Positions 37,655 to 50,284 of a stretch of DNA of 64,000 bases are shown here, piece by piece. The first letter of the stretch is position 1. Each line of letters starts with the position of its first letter. This DNA is from Planctomycetota bacterium. Its GTDB lineage: Bacteria > Planctomycetota > UBA1135 > UBA2386. The notes under the pieces are model-generated. The model searched no databases, was not told the origin of the DNA, and worked only from the letters and a program-made list of their open reading frames with translations. The translations under genes were made by a program, and so were the position numbers. Location: NCBI GenBank assembly GCA_965228735.1, contig OZ245838.1:2016001-2080000 (forward strand), read 5' to 3'.

Positions 37655-40108
37655 TCAGAAGACGCCGATCGTCAGCTCGAGCGCGTTGGAGGCGCTCAGC
37701 GTGAGCAGCGTGTTGCCGGCACCGACCTCGAACTGCAGAAACTGGTGGTACAGGGCAAGACCGGCGAACGCCGTCGTGTCGGGCACGTCGAACGCGAACG
37801 TCCCCACCCCGGTCGGCGGCTGCGTGAGCAGGATCGCCTCCTGACTCGCGAGCTGATTGCAGTGCGGCAGCGTGTTGGGCCACAGCCAGGTCAACGGCAC
37901 GTTGGGCGAACTCAGGCCGATCAGGGCGACGGCGAGGCTGCCGCTCGCGAACCCGGTCGCGGTCGACGTGAACGATCGCCCGGCCCAGGGCCGCTCCTGA
38001 GCGGTCAGGGTCAAGGGCCCCGCCGGCCCGATACAGGAGGTCGGCAGGTCGACCCGATCGGCCGCACACGGCGTCGAGAGGCGGGCGAAATAGGCCGCGA
38101 ACTCGTCGCCCACCTCGAAGAACGTGCCGGCAAACGCGAGTTCACCGTGATCGCCCCACGCCACGTCCAGGACCTCCACACCCGACGTGCCGCCGAGCGC
38201 GAGTTCCGTCCAGGTCGTGCCGTCCCACCGGGCCGGCTGGATCCGCGGCGCGGGGTACGGCTGCCCGAGCCAGCCGGCGGCCACCAGATCACCGTCGGGC
38301 AACACGGCCAGGTCGCGGACCGGCTGCGGCATCCCGGCGCCGAGCGGTGACCACACAGCGCCGTCCCAGCGCGCGACGAAGCGGGCCGGCGCGCCGCCGG
38401 CGTTCACGAAGTTGCCGCCCGCAACCAGGTCGCCGTCACGCAGCACGGCGAGCGCCAGCACGTTGTCCTCGATGCCGCTGCCGAGCGGCGACCAGGTCGC
38501 GCCGTCCCAACGCGCGATGTTCCGACAACCGACGCCGCCGGCCGACATGAACCGCCCCCCGGCGACGACGTCGCCGTTCGGCATGACGGCGAGGGCATAC
38601 ACGTACCAACTCGGCCACGCCCCGAGACTCGACCACGCGGTCCCGTTCCATCGCGCCACGAACGGAGCCCACGCGCCACCGGCATGGAGGAACTCACCGC
38701 CGGCGAGCACGTCACCACCCGGCAGCTCGAGGAGCGCGTGCACGGTGCCGTCGAGGCCGGCTCCGAGCGGCAGCCACTGGGCGCCGTCCCAACGCGCGAT
38801 GCGGTTCGCCGGCGCGTTGCCCGCGGTGAGGAACGCACCCGCGACGATCAGGCTGCCATCGGAGTGCCGCAGCATGGCGTTGGGAGCCCCGCCGAGGCCG
38901 GCCCCGAGCGGCGACCACGAGCCCCCGACGAGACGCGCGATGTGCGACAGCGGCTGGCCACGGATCGACTCGAAGTCACCGCCGACGATCCAGCCGCCGT
39001 CCGGCGTCGCGACCGCCGCCGTGGTCCGCCGATCGAGCCCCGTGCCGCGCGCGAACGGCGTCCACTGCGTCCCGTCGAACCGCCCCACCCCGTAGAAGTC
39101 CTCCGATTGGGACGACGTGTTGCCGCCCGCGAACAGGTCACCGTTCGGCAGCTCCGCCACCGCGTAGATCCACCAGCGGACGTCGGGGACGCTGGTCCAA
39201 CCGTTCCCGTCCCAGATGCCCGACCGGATCTTCCCGGCGGCGTAGAGGTTGCCGTTCTGCAACAACGTGAACGCGAGCGGCTGCGTCCCCATCCCGCCGA
39301 TCCCGACCCAGCCCTGACCGTCCCACGACACGATGCCGGGCGCCGGAACCGTACCTGCCATCGAGAAGGATCCGCCGACGACCAGGTCGCCGTTCGGCAT
39401 CATGATCATGTCCGAGACGCCGCCGTTGAGGCCGCCGCCCATCGTCTGCCACAGTGCGCCGTCGAACCGCCGGATCGCGAACGACGGCGTGATGTACGTC
39501 TCGAAGTGGCCGCCGGCCACGATGTCGCCGTTGTTGAGGCGCGCGAGCGCGTTCACCGTCGGCGAGAACCCGGTGATCCCGCCGCCGAACTCCGACCACG
39601 ACGTGCCGTTCCAGCGCGCGATCGCGCGCGCCGGCACGCCACCGATGTCGGTGAACGATCCGCCCGCGAGCAGATCCCCGCCCGGCAGCGGCAGCAGCGC
39701 GTTCACCCCGCCGCTGACGGCGGGCGCGGCGCCGAGCAGGTGCCACGCCGTCCCGTCGAACCGCCAGACCCCGCCGGCGCTTGCCACGAGCTCGCCGTTG
39801 CCGAGCACCGCGAGCGCCGTGCCGCGGGCCGGCAGGCCGTCGCCGAGGCTCGCCCACAACCCCGTCGCCGGGTCGTAGGCCGCCACGTGATTGGCGACGA
39901 GCCCGAACGCGACGACGAAGGAGCCGGTGATCACGAGCCGACGCGGCACGGGTCCGGCGCCGTCCGGGTCCCACCACGTCGCGGCCGCGACCGCGCCGAC
40001 GACGCCCGGGAAGTCCTCGCCGGGCTCTCCCTGCAGGGTGCACTGACCACGCGCGGACGCGGCGAAGGACAGTAGAACGACGAGGACGGCTGCTTGGGTC
40101 GTGCGCAT
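37655..40108 (-). CDS. Secreted double beta-propeller repeat protein with shared C-terminal domain
   Basis: About 13 repeats of V.AL..LPNGDLVAGG.F..AGG..A..IARWDG..W.PLG.G. Signal ...ASARG-Q. C-terminal ...GLALYHQ...ASNALELTIG. Confidence 0.9.
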   Translation of the reverse strand: MRTTQAAVLVVLLSFAASARGQCTLQGEPGEDFPGVVGAVAAATWWDPDGAGPVPRRLVITGSFVVAFGLVANHVAAYDPATGLWASLGDGLPARGTALAVLGNGELVASAGGVWRFDGTAWHLLGAAPAVSGGVNALLPLPGGDLLAGGSFTDIGGVPARAIARWNGTSWSEFGGGITGFSPTVNALARLNNGDIVAGGHFETYITPSFAIRRFDGALWQTMGGGLNGGVSDMIMMPNGDLVVGGSFSMAGTVPAPGIVSWDGQGWVGIGGMGTQPLAFTLLQNGNLYAAGKIRSGIWDGNGWTSVPDVRWWIYAVAELPNGDLFAGGNTSSQSEDFYGVGRFDGTQWTPFARGTGLDRRTTAAVATPDGGWIVGGDFESIRGQPLSHIARLVGGSWSPLGAGLGGAPNAMLRHSDGSLIVAGAFLTAGNAPANRIARWDGAQWLPLGAGLDGTVHALLELPGGDVLAGGEFLHAGGAWAPFVARWNGTAWSSLGAWPSWYVYALAVMPNGDVVAGGRFMSAGGVGCRNIARWDGATWSPLGSGIEDNVLALAVLRDGDLVAGGNFVNAGGAPARFVARWDGAVWSPLGAGMPQPVRDLAVLPDGDLVAAGWLGQPYPAPRIQPARWDGTTWTELALGGTSGVEVLDVAWGDHGELAFAGTFFEVGDEFAAYFARLSTPCAADRVDLPTSCIGPAGPLTLTAQERPWAGRSFTSTATGFASGSLAVALIGLSSPNVPLTWLWPNTLPHCNQLASQEAILLTQPPTGVGTFAFDVPDTTAFAGLALYHQFLQFEVGAGNTLLTLSASNALELTIGVF

Positions 40109-40222
40109 GGAGATCCTTCGCCGGGGTGGTGACCTGGCGCCCCCATCCTACCGCGGTTCGCGCTGGCACGCGGCCGCTGCCAGCGTCGGGCGGGGTGCCC
40201 GGTCCGGGCCCCTCTGCACCAT

Positions 40223-41785
40223 CTAGCCCTCTTCGGACTCCGCTTCGGCCGCGGCCTCGCTGCCGACGCCGACGCGCCCCGTCACCGGGTGCGAGCTCGT
40301 GACCTCGCTCGTCGTCGCCTCCTCGCCATCGAAGCTCAGCAGCCGCCCCTTGCCGTCCTGCACGGTCTCGATGTGCACCGGCCGCTTCCACATCTGGAAC
40401 AACCCCTGCAACGTGAGCATCGCCTCGTCGAGCTGCAGGTCGCCCTTCACCCACTGGTGCACGAGGTAGAGCTCGCCGCGGTTCTTGTGGTTGGCGTCGA
40501 CCACCTTGATGATCGGGTTGCCGTGGTTCGTCAGAGCCTCGAGCAGCTGCGTCTTCACCTTGGTGTAGTCGCGGTCGAGGATCACGACCTCGCCGGTCTG
40601 CGGGTCCTGCCCGTAGACGAACATCTTCTGCGCCTCGGCGAACTCCGGCGTCACGAACTCGTCGACGAACGTGATGTCGTTGTAGATCCGCCGCACCTCG
40701 AAGACCTTGGCGCGCCCCTCGTTGGTCGGGCGGTGCCAGTTCTTGCGCACGTCCGGATCGTCGCAGCTCTGGTACTCGACCCCGAACTTGCCCGTGTTCC
40801 AGCGTTCCTCGATGTCGCGGAAGAGCTCGACACCGAGCTTGTACGGGTTGATCTGACCCGGCGCCGTGCCGAGCGTGCCGCTGTGCGTGTCGCAGTAGTT
40901 GATGATCTCGGTCGCGTCGCACAGGTGGCGGGTCATCAGGTGGCTGTGCCAGAACACGGCCCAGCCCTCGTTCATGATCTTCGTCATGCCCTGCGGCGCG
41001 AAGTAGTAGGCCTCCTCGCGCAACATCGCGAGCACGTCCTGCTCCCACGTCTCGAGCGGCGCGTAGTCGAGCAAGAACTTGAGGACGTCGCGCTCCGGCC
41101 TGGCCGGGAACTGACGGGCCGCCTGGTCCTCCTCGTCGAGCCGCTCGCGCTCCCGCTCGAGGAACTCGGGCGGGTTGATGTAGCGGTCCATGTAGTCCTT
41201 GGCCGCGATCTTCTGCACCTCGCGCTGCGGCGCATCGTCCTTCTTCGGCGGCGCCGACCGCCGGTTCGTGCCGCGGTCGAAGTACGGCGAGTACGGGTCG
41301 ATCAGGTTGTCGAGCGACTGCACGAGGTCGATGAAGTTCTCGACGCGCTCCTGACCGTGGCGGTCCATGTAGCGCCGGATGCGCGAACCGTGGTTCGCCA
41401 TCACGTCCATCATCTTGCGCGACGTGTGACCGAACCACGCGTTGTTCTTGAAGAAGTCGCAGTGGCCGTAGACGTGCGCCATCACGAGCTTCTGCTCCGT
41501 GATCGCGTTGCTGCGCATCAGGTACGCGTAGCACGGGTCGTTGTTGATCACGAGCTCGTAGATCTTCGACAACCCGTATGCGTAGCTCTTGCTGAGCTGC
41601 TCGTACTCCATGCCGAAGCGCCAGTGCGGGTATCGCGTCGGGAAGCCGCCGTAGCTCGCGATCATGTTGAGCTCGTCGTAGTCGACGAGCTCGAAGATGA
41701 CCTCGTAGAAGTCGAGCCCGTAGCTCTTCGCGAGATCGCGGGTCTCGTCACGGAGCGCGGCGAGTTCGGGGGTGAGGTTGCCCAT
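40223..41785 (-). CDS. spoVR: SpoVR/YcgB family protein
   Basis: YGGFPTRYPHWRFG, SKIYELVINNDPCYAYL, MAHVYGHCDFFKNN, EAYYFAPQGMTKIMNEGWA, NPYKLG. Confidence 0.95.
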   Translation of the reverse strand: MGNLTPELAALRDETRDLAKSYGLDFYEVIFELVDYDELNMIASYGGFPTRYPHWRFGMEYEQLSKSYAYGLSKIYELVINNDPCYAYLMRSNAITEQKLVMAHVYGHCDFFKNNAWFGHTSRKMMDVMANHGSRIRRYMDRHGQERVENFIDLVQSLDNLIDPYSPYFDRGTNRRSAPPKKDDAPQREVQKIAAKDYMDRYINPPEFLERERERLDEEDQAARQFPARPERDVLKFLLDYAPLETWEQDVLAMLREEAYYFAPQGMTKIMNEGWAVFWHSHLMTRHLCDATEIINYCDTHSGTLGTAPGQINPYKLGVELFRDIEERWNTGKFGVEYQSCDDPDVRKNWHRPTNEGRAKVFEVRRIYNDITFVDEFVTPEFAEAQKMFVYGQDPQTGEVVILDRDYTKVKTQLLEALTNHGNPIIKVVDANHKNRGELYLVHQWVKGDLQLDEAMLTLQGLFQMWKRPVHIETVQDGKGRLLSFDGEEATTSEVTSSHPVTGRVGVGSEAAAEAESEEG

Positions 41786-41799
41786 GGTTCTGTCCTGGC

Positions 41800-42903
41800 T
41801 CAGCGCCCCTTCTTCAGGAACTCCTTGATGCTCGGCAGGATGCCCTCGCGATCGAGGATGTCGGTCGTCACGACCTTCTCCTCGCCGCGGAACGCGCTGT
41901 CGAGGTCCTTCTTGAACTGACCGCTGCCGTAGGCGCTCTTGACCTGGCCGTAGCAGAACTGATTGCACACCGGCAGGACCGAGTCCTTGAGCAGCGACAT
42001 GCAGTGCTCGGTGTCGCGCGCGCTCCAGTTGTCGCCGTCGCTGAAGTGGAACGGATACACGTTCCATTCCTGCGCCGGATACTTGTCGCGCATGATCTGC
42101 ATGCAGAGCTCGTAGGCCGAGCTGATCTTCGTGCCGCCGCTCTCGCGCAGGTGGAAGAACGTGTGCTGGTCGACCTCGTGCGCGACCGCGTCGTGCACGA
42201 TGTAGTGCACTTCGAGGTTCTTGTATTGGTGCCGGAGCCAGGTATCGATCCAGAACGCCTCGATGCGGACGATCTCCTTCTGCTCGCGCCCCATCGAGCC
42301 CGACACGTCCATCATGTAGATGATCGCGGCGCTCGCCTGCGGCATCTCGCGGGTCTCGAGCGAGCGGAAGCGCATGTCCTCGCGGATCGGCACGACGACC
42401 GGATGCTCCGGGTCGTAGGTGCCGGACGCGATCTGCCGCTTGAGCGCCTCGCGGAACGTGCGCTTGAAGTGCCGCAGCGAGTTGGGCCCCGACCGCGAGA
42501 TGCCGGTGTAGCGCCCGCCCAGCGTGCGGACGTTCTTCTTGCCCTTCGGCTCGATGTTGGGGAGCTCGAGCTCTTCGCCGAGGATCTTCGCGAGGTCTTC
42601 GAGCGAGACCTCGACCTCGAGCATGTGCTGGCCCTCGTTCTCGCCCGCTTCGCCGGCACCCTCGCCGTCCTGCCCCGGCACGCCCTGGCCGTCCTCGCCC
42701 TCACCCTGGCCGACGCCGCCCTTGTTCTCGCCGTGGCGGAACCGCGGCAGCTGGATCTGCGGCAACGGGATCGTGACGTACTTCTGCCCCTGCTTGCCGA
42801 TGAGCTCGCCAGAGCTGACGAAGCGCTTGAGGTTGCGCTTCACGCGACCCCGAACGATGTTGCGGAACCGCGTGTGGTCCTGGTCGATGCGTCGAACGGA
42901 CAC
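41800..42903 (-). CDS. yeaH: YeaH/YhbH (DUF444) vWA-like protein
   Basis: [49 protein letters not shown]. Confidence 0.93.
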   Translation of the reverse strand: MSVRRIDQDHTRFRNIVRGRVKRNLKRFVSSGELIGKQGQKYVTIPLPQIQLPRFRHGENKGGVGQGEGEDGQGVPGQDGEGAGEAGENEGQHMLEVEVSLEDLAKILGEELELPNIEPKGKKNVRTLGGRYTGISRSGPNSLRHFKRTFREALKRQIASGTYDPEHPVVVPIREDMRFRSLETREMPQASAAIIYMMDVSGSMGREQKEIVRIEAFWIDTWLRHQYKNLEVHYIVHDAVAHEVDQHTFFHLRESGGTKISSAYELCMQIMRDKYPAQEWNVYPFHFSDGDNWSARDTEHCMSLLKDSVLPVCNQFCYGQVKSAYGSGQFKKDLDSAFRGEEKVVTTDILDREGILPSIKEFLKKGR

Positions 42904-42910
42904 GCCGGCC

Positions 42911-44938
<2,028 letters not shown>

Positions 44939-45097
44939 GACTTCGGATCCCTGTGGGTCACCGCGCGGCTGACCCCGCGGCAGTTGCCTGTTCTGCCCAT
45001 GGTATCGGAGCCCGCCTACCACGGCATGAGCCAATCTTGACCCGAACGGAAGGGGAAAAGCGCCGATGCGCACCGGCGGTTGCGCTACGTTGCCCGG

Positions 45098-46231
45098 ATG
45101 TCCGGTCGCACCCCGACTCCCTCATCCTCCGTGGCGCGCCCCTCGAGGCGCGCAGCGGCGCGCGCGCGCGGGCTCGCGCTGGCGTTTCCGCTGCTCCTGC
45201 CGTTGTCCGCCTGCGGCGGCAGCGCTGGCCCGATCGACGGCAGCAAGACCCTCACGCACGTGCAGAAGTTCGTCGAGATCGGACCCCGCCCGTTCGGCTC
45301 CGACGCGCTCGGCAAGACGGCGGACTACATCACGAGCCAGCTCACGGCCATGGGGCTCGAGCCGAAGCGCCACGAGGTGATGCACGAGCAGGAGAAGAAG
45401 CTGATCCGGAACCTCTACGTCGAGATTCCGGGTGGATCGGATCTCGCGGCTGGCAAGCCCGAGGAGCGCGACGGCCCGATCCTGATGATCGGCGGGCACT
45501 ACGACACCAAGGTCGCCACCGGTCACAGCGACGCCGCGCACAACTTCCCGTTCGTCGGCGCGATCGACGGCGGCGGCGCGCCGGCCGTGCTCATCGAGCT
45601 CGCGCGCCATCTCGCCGACCCGAAGAACCGACCGGACTGCACGGTCTGGCTCTACTGGATCGATGCCGAGGAGTCGATCGACTGGAACTGGAACGACGAC
45701 CGCGCGCTGCTCGGCAGCAAGGCGTTCTGCAAGTGGCTCAGCGAGACGAAGGTGCTCAAGCGGGTCAAGGCGTTCGTGCTGCTCGACCTGATCGGGAGCA
45801 AGAACTTCAAGATCGACAAGGACGGCAACTCGGTGCCGGATCTGCAGGACATCTTCGCGCGGGCCGCGGACGCGCTCGGCGAGCGCCACCGGCTCTACGA
45901 GTTTCCGACCGACCGGGACATCGCGGCGTACTCGGCGCGCAACCTCAAGTGGGGCACCAAGGACGACCACGAGATCTTCACGAACTACGGCGTCTCGTCG
46001 GTGCTGCTGATCGACTTCGCGCGCCGCATTCCGCCGGCCCTGCAGAACCTCGGCGAGGGCCAGGAGCCGCTCGTCGATCCCGACTACGAGCAATGGTGGC
46101 ACACGCCGGACGACAACCTCGACGCCGTCGATCCGGCCGCGCTCGCGTTCGCCGGCAACCTCGTCGTCAAGGCGCTGCCCGAGCTGGCGAAGTTCGTGCA
46201 GAGCAAGGTACGACGCCGGAAGTCGAAGTAG
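45098..46231 (+). CDS. M28-family glutaminyl-cyclase-like zinc lipoprotein, paralog 1
   Basis: Lipobox LSA-C. GPRPFGS, HYDTK, VGAIDG, DAEES, LLDLIG, DDH, WWHTPDD. Confidence 0.85.
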   Translation: MSGRTPTPSSSVARPSRRAAARARGLALAFPLLLPLSACGGSAGPIDGSKTLTHVQKFVEIGPRPFGSDALGKTADYITSQLTAMGLEPKRHEVMHEQEKKLIRNLYVEIPGGSDLAAGKPEERDGPILMIGGHYDTKVATGHSDAAHNFPFVGAIDGGGAPAVLIELARHLADPKNRPDCTVWLYWIDAEESIDWNWNDDRALLGSKAFCKWLSETKVLKRVKAFVLLDLIGSKNFKIDKDGNSVPDLQDIFARAADALGERHRLYEFPTDRDIAAYSARNLKWGTKDDHEIFTNYGVSSVLLIDFARRIPPALQNLGEGQEPLVDPDYEQWWHTPDDNLDAVDPAALAFAGNLVVKALPELAKFVQSKVRRRKSK

Positions 46232-46282
46232 CCTGGAGACCGCAGGACTCGCGACCATAGGCCACAGAGCGGGAGGTCAGAC

Positions 46283-47359
46283 ATGCAAAGGAGCCTCGTG
46301 ATCGGAGCGGTGATCATCGTCGCGCTCGCGGCGTGCTTCGGCGCGGCCGCAGCCGGCGGCGCCGCCGAGGGTCGCGGCATCGACGCCAGCGCCGGGAACC
46401 GCGCCGGCACGCCGCAGGACGACCGCGGCGTGCGCGTGCTGCCGGCGATCGTGAAGTCCGAGCCGGTGCCGCTGACCGCGGTGCGCGCGCCGAAGGGCTT
46501 CGGCGAACGTGCATTCATGCGGGTCAAGGAGATCGTGAGTTTCGGGCCGCGCTACTCCGCCAAAGAGGCGGGCCTGCCCGGCTGGACCCGGCAGCTCGGC
46601 TACATCGAAGAAGCCCTCGAGTCCCACGGGCTGAAGGTGCTGCGTGACACGTGGACGGATCGCAAAGAGCTGATCACGTTCACCAACCTGTCGGCGCGGA
46701 TCCCCGGCACGCGCGAGGAGCGCATCCTCATCGCGTGCCACCACGACACGAAGTGCACGATCGACCACCCCGACAAGCGCCACAACTTCGACTTCGTCGG
46801 CGCCAACGACGGCGCCAGCGCCGTCGCCGTGCTGCTCGAGCTCGTCCCCGTGCTGCTCCGCAGCAAGCGCGAGGCGACGATCGAGCTCGTGTTCTTCGAC
46901 GGCGAGGAGAGTCTCGACTGGAACTGGAACGACGCCAAACGCGCGCTGTTCGGCAGCAAACGCTACGTGAAGCGGCACCGCGAGGCCGAGCTGCTCGGTG
47001 AATCGAGTCGCATCGCTGCCGTGATCCTGCTCGACATGGTCGGCCGCAAGTACCTGCACATCCAGGACGAGCTCTACTCGACGCCGCGCCTGCGCAAACT
47101 GCTGTGGAGCGCGGCGGTCGCGACCGGCCACGAAGAGCACGTCTTCCAGCGCGCCGAGAGCGCGGCCGACGACCACGTGCCGTTCCTCGAGGTCGGCATC
47201 CCGGCCGTGGACCTGATCGATCTCAACGGCAACGTGTTCTGGCACACGCCGATGGACACGGTGGAGAACATGAGCGCGGAGAGCCTGCAGACCACCGCGG
47301 ACCTCGTGCTCACGATGCTGCCTGCGGTCGAGAAGGAATACGTGCTCGAGCGCGACTGA
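46283..47359 (+). CDS. M28-family glutaminyl-cyclase-like zinc protein, paralog 2
   Basis: LAA-C after hydrophobic stretch. FGPR, HHDTK, FVGANDGAS, FFDGEES, LFGS, LLDMVG, DDHVPF, FWHTPMD. Confidence 0.88.
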   Translation: MQRSLVIGAVIIVALAACFGAAAAGGAAEGRGIDASAGNRAGTPQDDRGVRVLPAIVKSEPVPLTAVRAPKGFGERAFMRVKEIVSFGPRYSAKEAGLPGWTRQLGYIEEALESHGLKVLRDTWTDRKELITFTNLSARIPGTREERILIACHHDTKCTIDHPDKRHNFDFVGANDGASAVAVLLELVPVLLRSKREATIELVFFDGEESLDWNWNDAKRALFGSKRYVKRHREAELLGESSRIAAVILLDMVGRKYLHIQDELYSTPRLRKLLWSAAVATGHEEHVFQRAESAADDHVPFLEVGIPAVDLIDLNGNVFWHTPMDTVENMSAESLQTTADLVLTMLPAVEKEYVLERD

Positions 47360-47376
47360 GCCCTGGGCAAGAGAAC

Positions 47377-48195
47377 ATGCCATCCTTGGAACGCGCGGGC
47401 CGCACGGTCCACTTCACTCGCGAGGGCGACGGCCCCGGGGTCGTTCTCGTCCCCGGACTCGGCTCCAACTCGCGATTGTTCGGCACGCTGCCGCGGCGCT
47501 TCGCCCGCAGCGGGTTCACGTGCGCAGCGATCGACCCGGTCGGGCTGGAGCCCTCGAGCGCGCTGCCGGAGAACGAGTTCGACTTCGAGCAGGCCGCGCT
47601 CGACGTGCTCGCCGTGGCGGCAGAGCTGCCAGCGCCGGTCGCGCTCGTCGGCACATCGCTGGGCGGCAAGGTCGCGTTGCAGGCAGCGGCGCTCGCCGCC
47701 GACGGCCCCTCCGACAGTGCCGCCGATCGCCTCGTGATGCTGTGCAGCGCCGCGCAGCAGACCCCGCGCAGTCAGCGCATCTACCGCTGGTTCGAACTGC
47801 TGTGCACCGAGGTGCCCGGCCACTTGCTCGGCGAACTCACGGCCCCGTTCCTGTTCGGCGCCACGTTCCTGAATCAGAAACAGACCGTGGTCGACAACAT
47901 CATCCGCAGCACGAAGCCGACTCCCGAGTCCCGCGCGTTCATGCAGGCGCAGTGCCGCGCGCTGCTCGACTTCGACGGTTCGGACCTGTGCCGGAGGGTC
48001 ACCTGGCCGACCCTCTGCCTCGCCGGCGCCGAGGACGGCCTGACCCTGCCAACCGAAGTCGAAACCACTGCAAACGGCATCCCGGGATCCGTTTACGAGT
48101 GCGTCCCGAACGCGGGCCACAGCCTGCTGCTCGAATCTGCCGGCGCGTTCGACCGCGTGACCCGCTTCCTGGAGAACCCACGGTCGGAGCGGTAG
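47377..48195 (+). CDS. Alpha/beta hydrolase
   Basis: VVLVPGLG, nucleophile elbow GTSLGG, PTL.LAGAEDGL, AGHS. Confidence 0.9.
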   Translation: MPSLERAGRTVHFTREGDGPGVVLVPGLGSNSRLFGTLPRRFARSGFTCAAIDPVGLEPSSALPENEFDFEQAALDVLAVAAELPAPVALVGTSLGGKVALQAAALAADGPSDSAADRLVMLCSAAQQTPRSQRIYRWFELLCTEVPGHLLGELTAPFLFGATFLNQKQTVVDNIIRSTKPTPESRAFMQAQCRALLDFDGSDLCRRVTWPTLCLAGAEDGLTLPTEVETTANGIPGSVYECVPNAGHSLLLESAGAFDRVTRFLENPRSER

Positions 48196-48263
48196 GGTGG
48201 CCGGCCGAACGGCCTGATCGCGCGAATTGAGTCAGCGGGGGTCGCTTCCCGATAGGCCACGGC

Positions 48264-50240
48264 ATGAACGATTCGCGGCAGAGCAACGGCGACGATCCGG
48301 GCCCAGCACCCGGGGCCGCGAATGCCGCATTCGGCCCCGGCACCGCTGACGAAGAGCAGTCGCTCTATCGCGATTTCCTCGAGGCCGCGCCCGACCCGGT
48401 CTTCATCCTCGGCATCGACGGCGAGCAGCGCGGCCGGATCCTCGACCTCAACGCGATCGCCGCGAGAACGCACGGCTACGAGGTCGACGAGCTGATCGGG
48501 GAGCCGATCGCCACGCTCGACGTGCCGGACGACGCCAAGCTCGCCGCGCCGCGCATCGACAACCTGTTGCGCACCGGGCACACGACGTTCGAAGTGACGC
48601 ACCTGCGCAAGGACGGCACGCAGTTCCCGGTCGAGGTCACGGCCCGGCTCGCCACGATCGGTGGCCAGCGCTGCATCGTCTCGTTCAACCGCGACATCAC
48701 GGATCGCAAGCGGATCACGGCGGAGCTGCGGGAGTCGCAGCTGCAGCTCGAGGTCGCCGCGCGCTCGAGCCAGGTCGGCTTCTGGAACTGGGAGATCGCG
48801 ACCAACAAGGTCTACTTCAGCCCCGAATGGAAGCTGCAGATCGGCTACCAGCCGGACGAGCTCGAAGACTCGTTCGAGACCTGGCACGATCGCGTGCATC
48901 CGGACGACCTCGACCGGGCGCTGGAGATCGTGCGCGACCAAATGGACCGGCCCGAGTCGCACTACGAGAACGAGTTCCGGCTGCGCCACAAGGACGGCAG
49001 CTACCGCTGGATCCTCGCCCACGGCGCCGCGGTCCGGAGCGCCGACGGCAATCCGTTGCGGCTCGTTGGCTGCCACCTCGACATCACCTCGCGCAAGCAG
49101 GCGGAGAACGAACGCACCGAGATGTCCGAGCGCTTGAGTCAGATGCAGCGGCTCGAGGCGATCGGCACGCTGGCCGGCGGCATCGCGCACGACTTCAACA
49201 ACATCCTCTCGATCATCGGCGGCAACGTCGAGCTCGCGCTGGACGAGCTGCCCATGGCTTCCCCGGAACGCGAACCCGTCGAGGAGATCGGTCGCGCCGC
49301 CGAACGTGCCCGCTCGCTCGTGCGGCAGATCCTGGCCTTCAGCCGGAACGAGCCGTCCCAGCTGCGCCACGTCCTCGTGCGGCCCGTCGTCGAGGAGGCG
49401 GTGCGACTGCTGCGATCCTCGATCCCGAAGAACGTCGACCTCGCGGTCGAGTTGCCGTCCGAGGAGCTCGCGGTCCAGGCCGATCAGCACCAGCTGCATC
49501 AGATCTTCGTCAACCTCGCCACCAACGCGTGGCATGCGATCGGCGACCGCAGTGGCACGATCACGATCCGGGCGATGCGGACGGGCTCCGAGCGCATCGC
49601 CGTCGAGGTATCGGACGACGGTCCGGGCATGACCGAGTCCGTGGCTCGCCGCATCTTCGAACCGTTCTTCACGACCAAGCCGCCGGGGAAGGGCTCGGGT
49701 CTCGGCCTGTCCGTCGTGCACGGCATCGTCGAGAATCATCAGGGCACGATCGAAGTCGCGAGCACCCCTGGCGAGGGCACGACGTTCCGCATCGACCTGC
49801 CCGCGGCCGCCGAAGCCGACCCCACGGCTGCGGCCGACGACGGTCCGCAACGAGTCCGGGCCCGCCTGTTGCTGGTCGACGACGACAGCAACCTGCTTCG
49901 CACGTTGACCCGCGGGCTGCGACGCCGCGAATTCGCGGTCACCGAGTTCACCGATCCCGAGGAAGCCCTCGCCGCGGTCGAGGCCGGCGGCTCGTTCGAC
50001 GTGCTGATCACCGATCAGAGCATGCCGAAGCTCTCGGGCGTCGAACTCGCGCGGGCGATCCGGCGCTCGAACCCGACGCTGCCGATCGTGCTCTGCTCGG
50101 GCTTCCTCCGCAACAGCGCCGCGGACGACGCGGCGGCGATGGGTGTCGACCTCGTCGTCGAGAAGCCCGCGATGCCGAGCGAGATCGCGACTGCCATCGC
50201 GAAGCTCTTGCCGGGCCTCGACGGTGACCCGGTCGACTGA
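48264..50240 (+). CDS. Hybrid sensor histidine kinase (PAS-PAS-HisKA-HATPase-REC)
   Basis: RKDGTQFPVEV, HPDD, HKDGSYRW, IAHDFNNIL, NLATNA, DDGPGM, FEPFFTTK..GKGSGLGL, LLLVDDD...TDQSMP...KP. Confidence 0.95.
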   Translation: MNDSRQSNGDDPGPAPGAANAAFGPGTADEEQSLYRDFLEAAPDPVFILGIDGEQRGRILDLNAIAARTHGYEVDELIGEPIATLDVPDDAKLAAPRIDNLLRTGHTTFEVTHLRKDGTQFPVEVTARLATIGGQRCIVSFNRDITDRKRITAELRESQLQLEVAARSSQVGFWNWEIATNKVYFSPEWKLQIGYQPDELEDSFETWHDRVHPDDLDRALEIVRDQMDRPESHYENEFRLRHKDGSYRWILAHGAAVRSADGNPLRLVGCHLDITSRKQAENERTEMSERLSQMQRLEAIGTLAGGIAHDFNNILSIIGGNVELALDELPMASPEREPVEEIGRAAERARSLVRQILAFSRNEPSQLRHVLVRPVVEEAVRLLRSSIPKNVDLAVELPSEELAVQADQHQLHQIFVNLATNAWHAIGDRSGTITIRAMRTGSERIAVEVSDDGPGMTESVARRIFEPFFTTKPPGKGSGLGLSVVHGIVENHQGTIEVASTPGEGTTFRIDLPAAAEADPTAAADDGPQRVRARLLLVDDDSNLLRTLTRGLRRREFAVTEFTDPEEALAAVEAGGSFDVLITDQSMPKLSGVELARAIRRSNPTLPIVLCSGFLRNSAADDAAAMGVDLVVEKPAMPSEIATAIAKLLPGLDGDPVD

Positions 50241-50284
50241 GGAGCGCTGGCCGCGACCACACCGCTATGGTCGCGACTCTCGGA

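Noticed and set aside
38200..39900. DNA-level repeats in the propeller gene as a diversity-generating or mobile repeat
   Set aside because: Explained by protein blade repeats with synonymous divergence. No reverse transcriptase or recombinase nearby.
40223..41785. spoVR as evidence of endospore formation
   Set aside because: The prkA-yeaH-spoVR module is common in non-sporulating bacteria, and no other sporulation genes are present.
45015..45040. Possible sigma54 promoter upstream of prkA (ttggctc...)
   Set aside because: GG is not followed by GC at the required 10-nt spacing (it reads GG-N10-GG).
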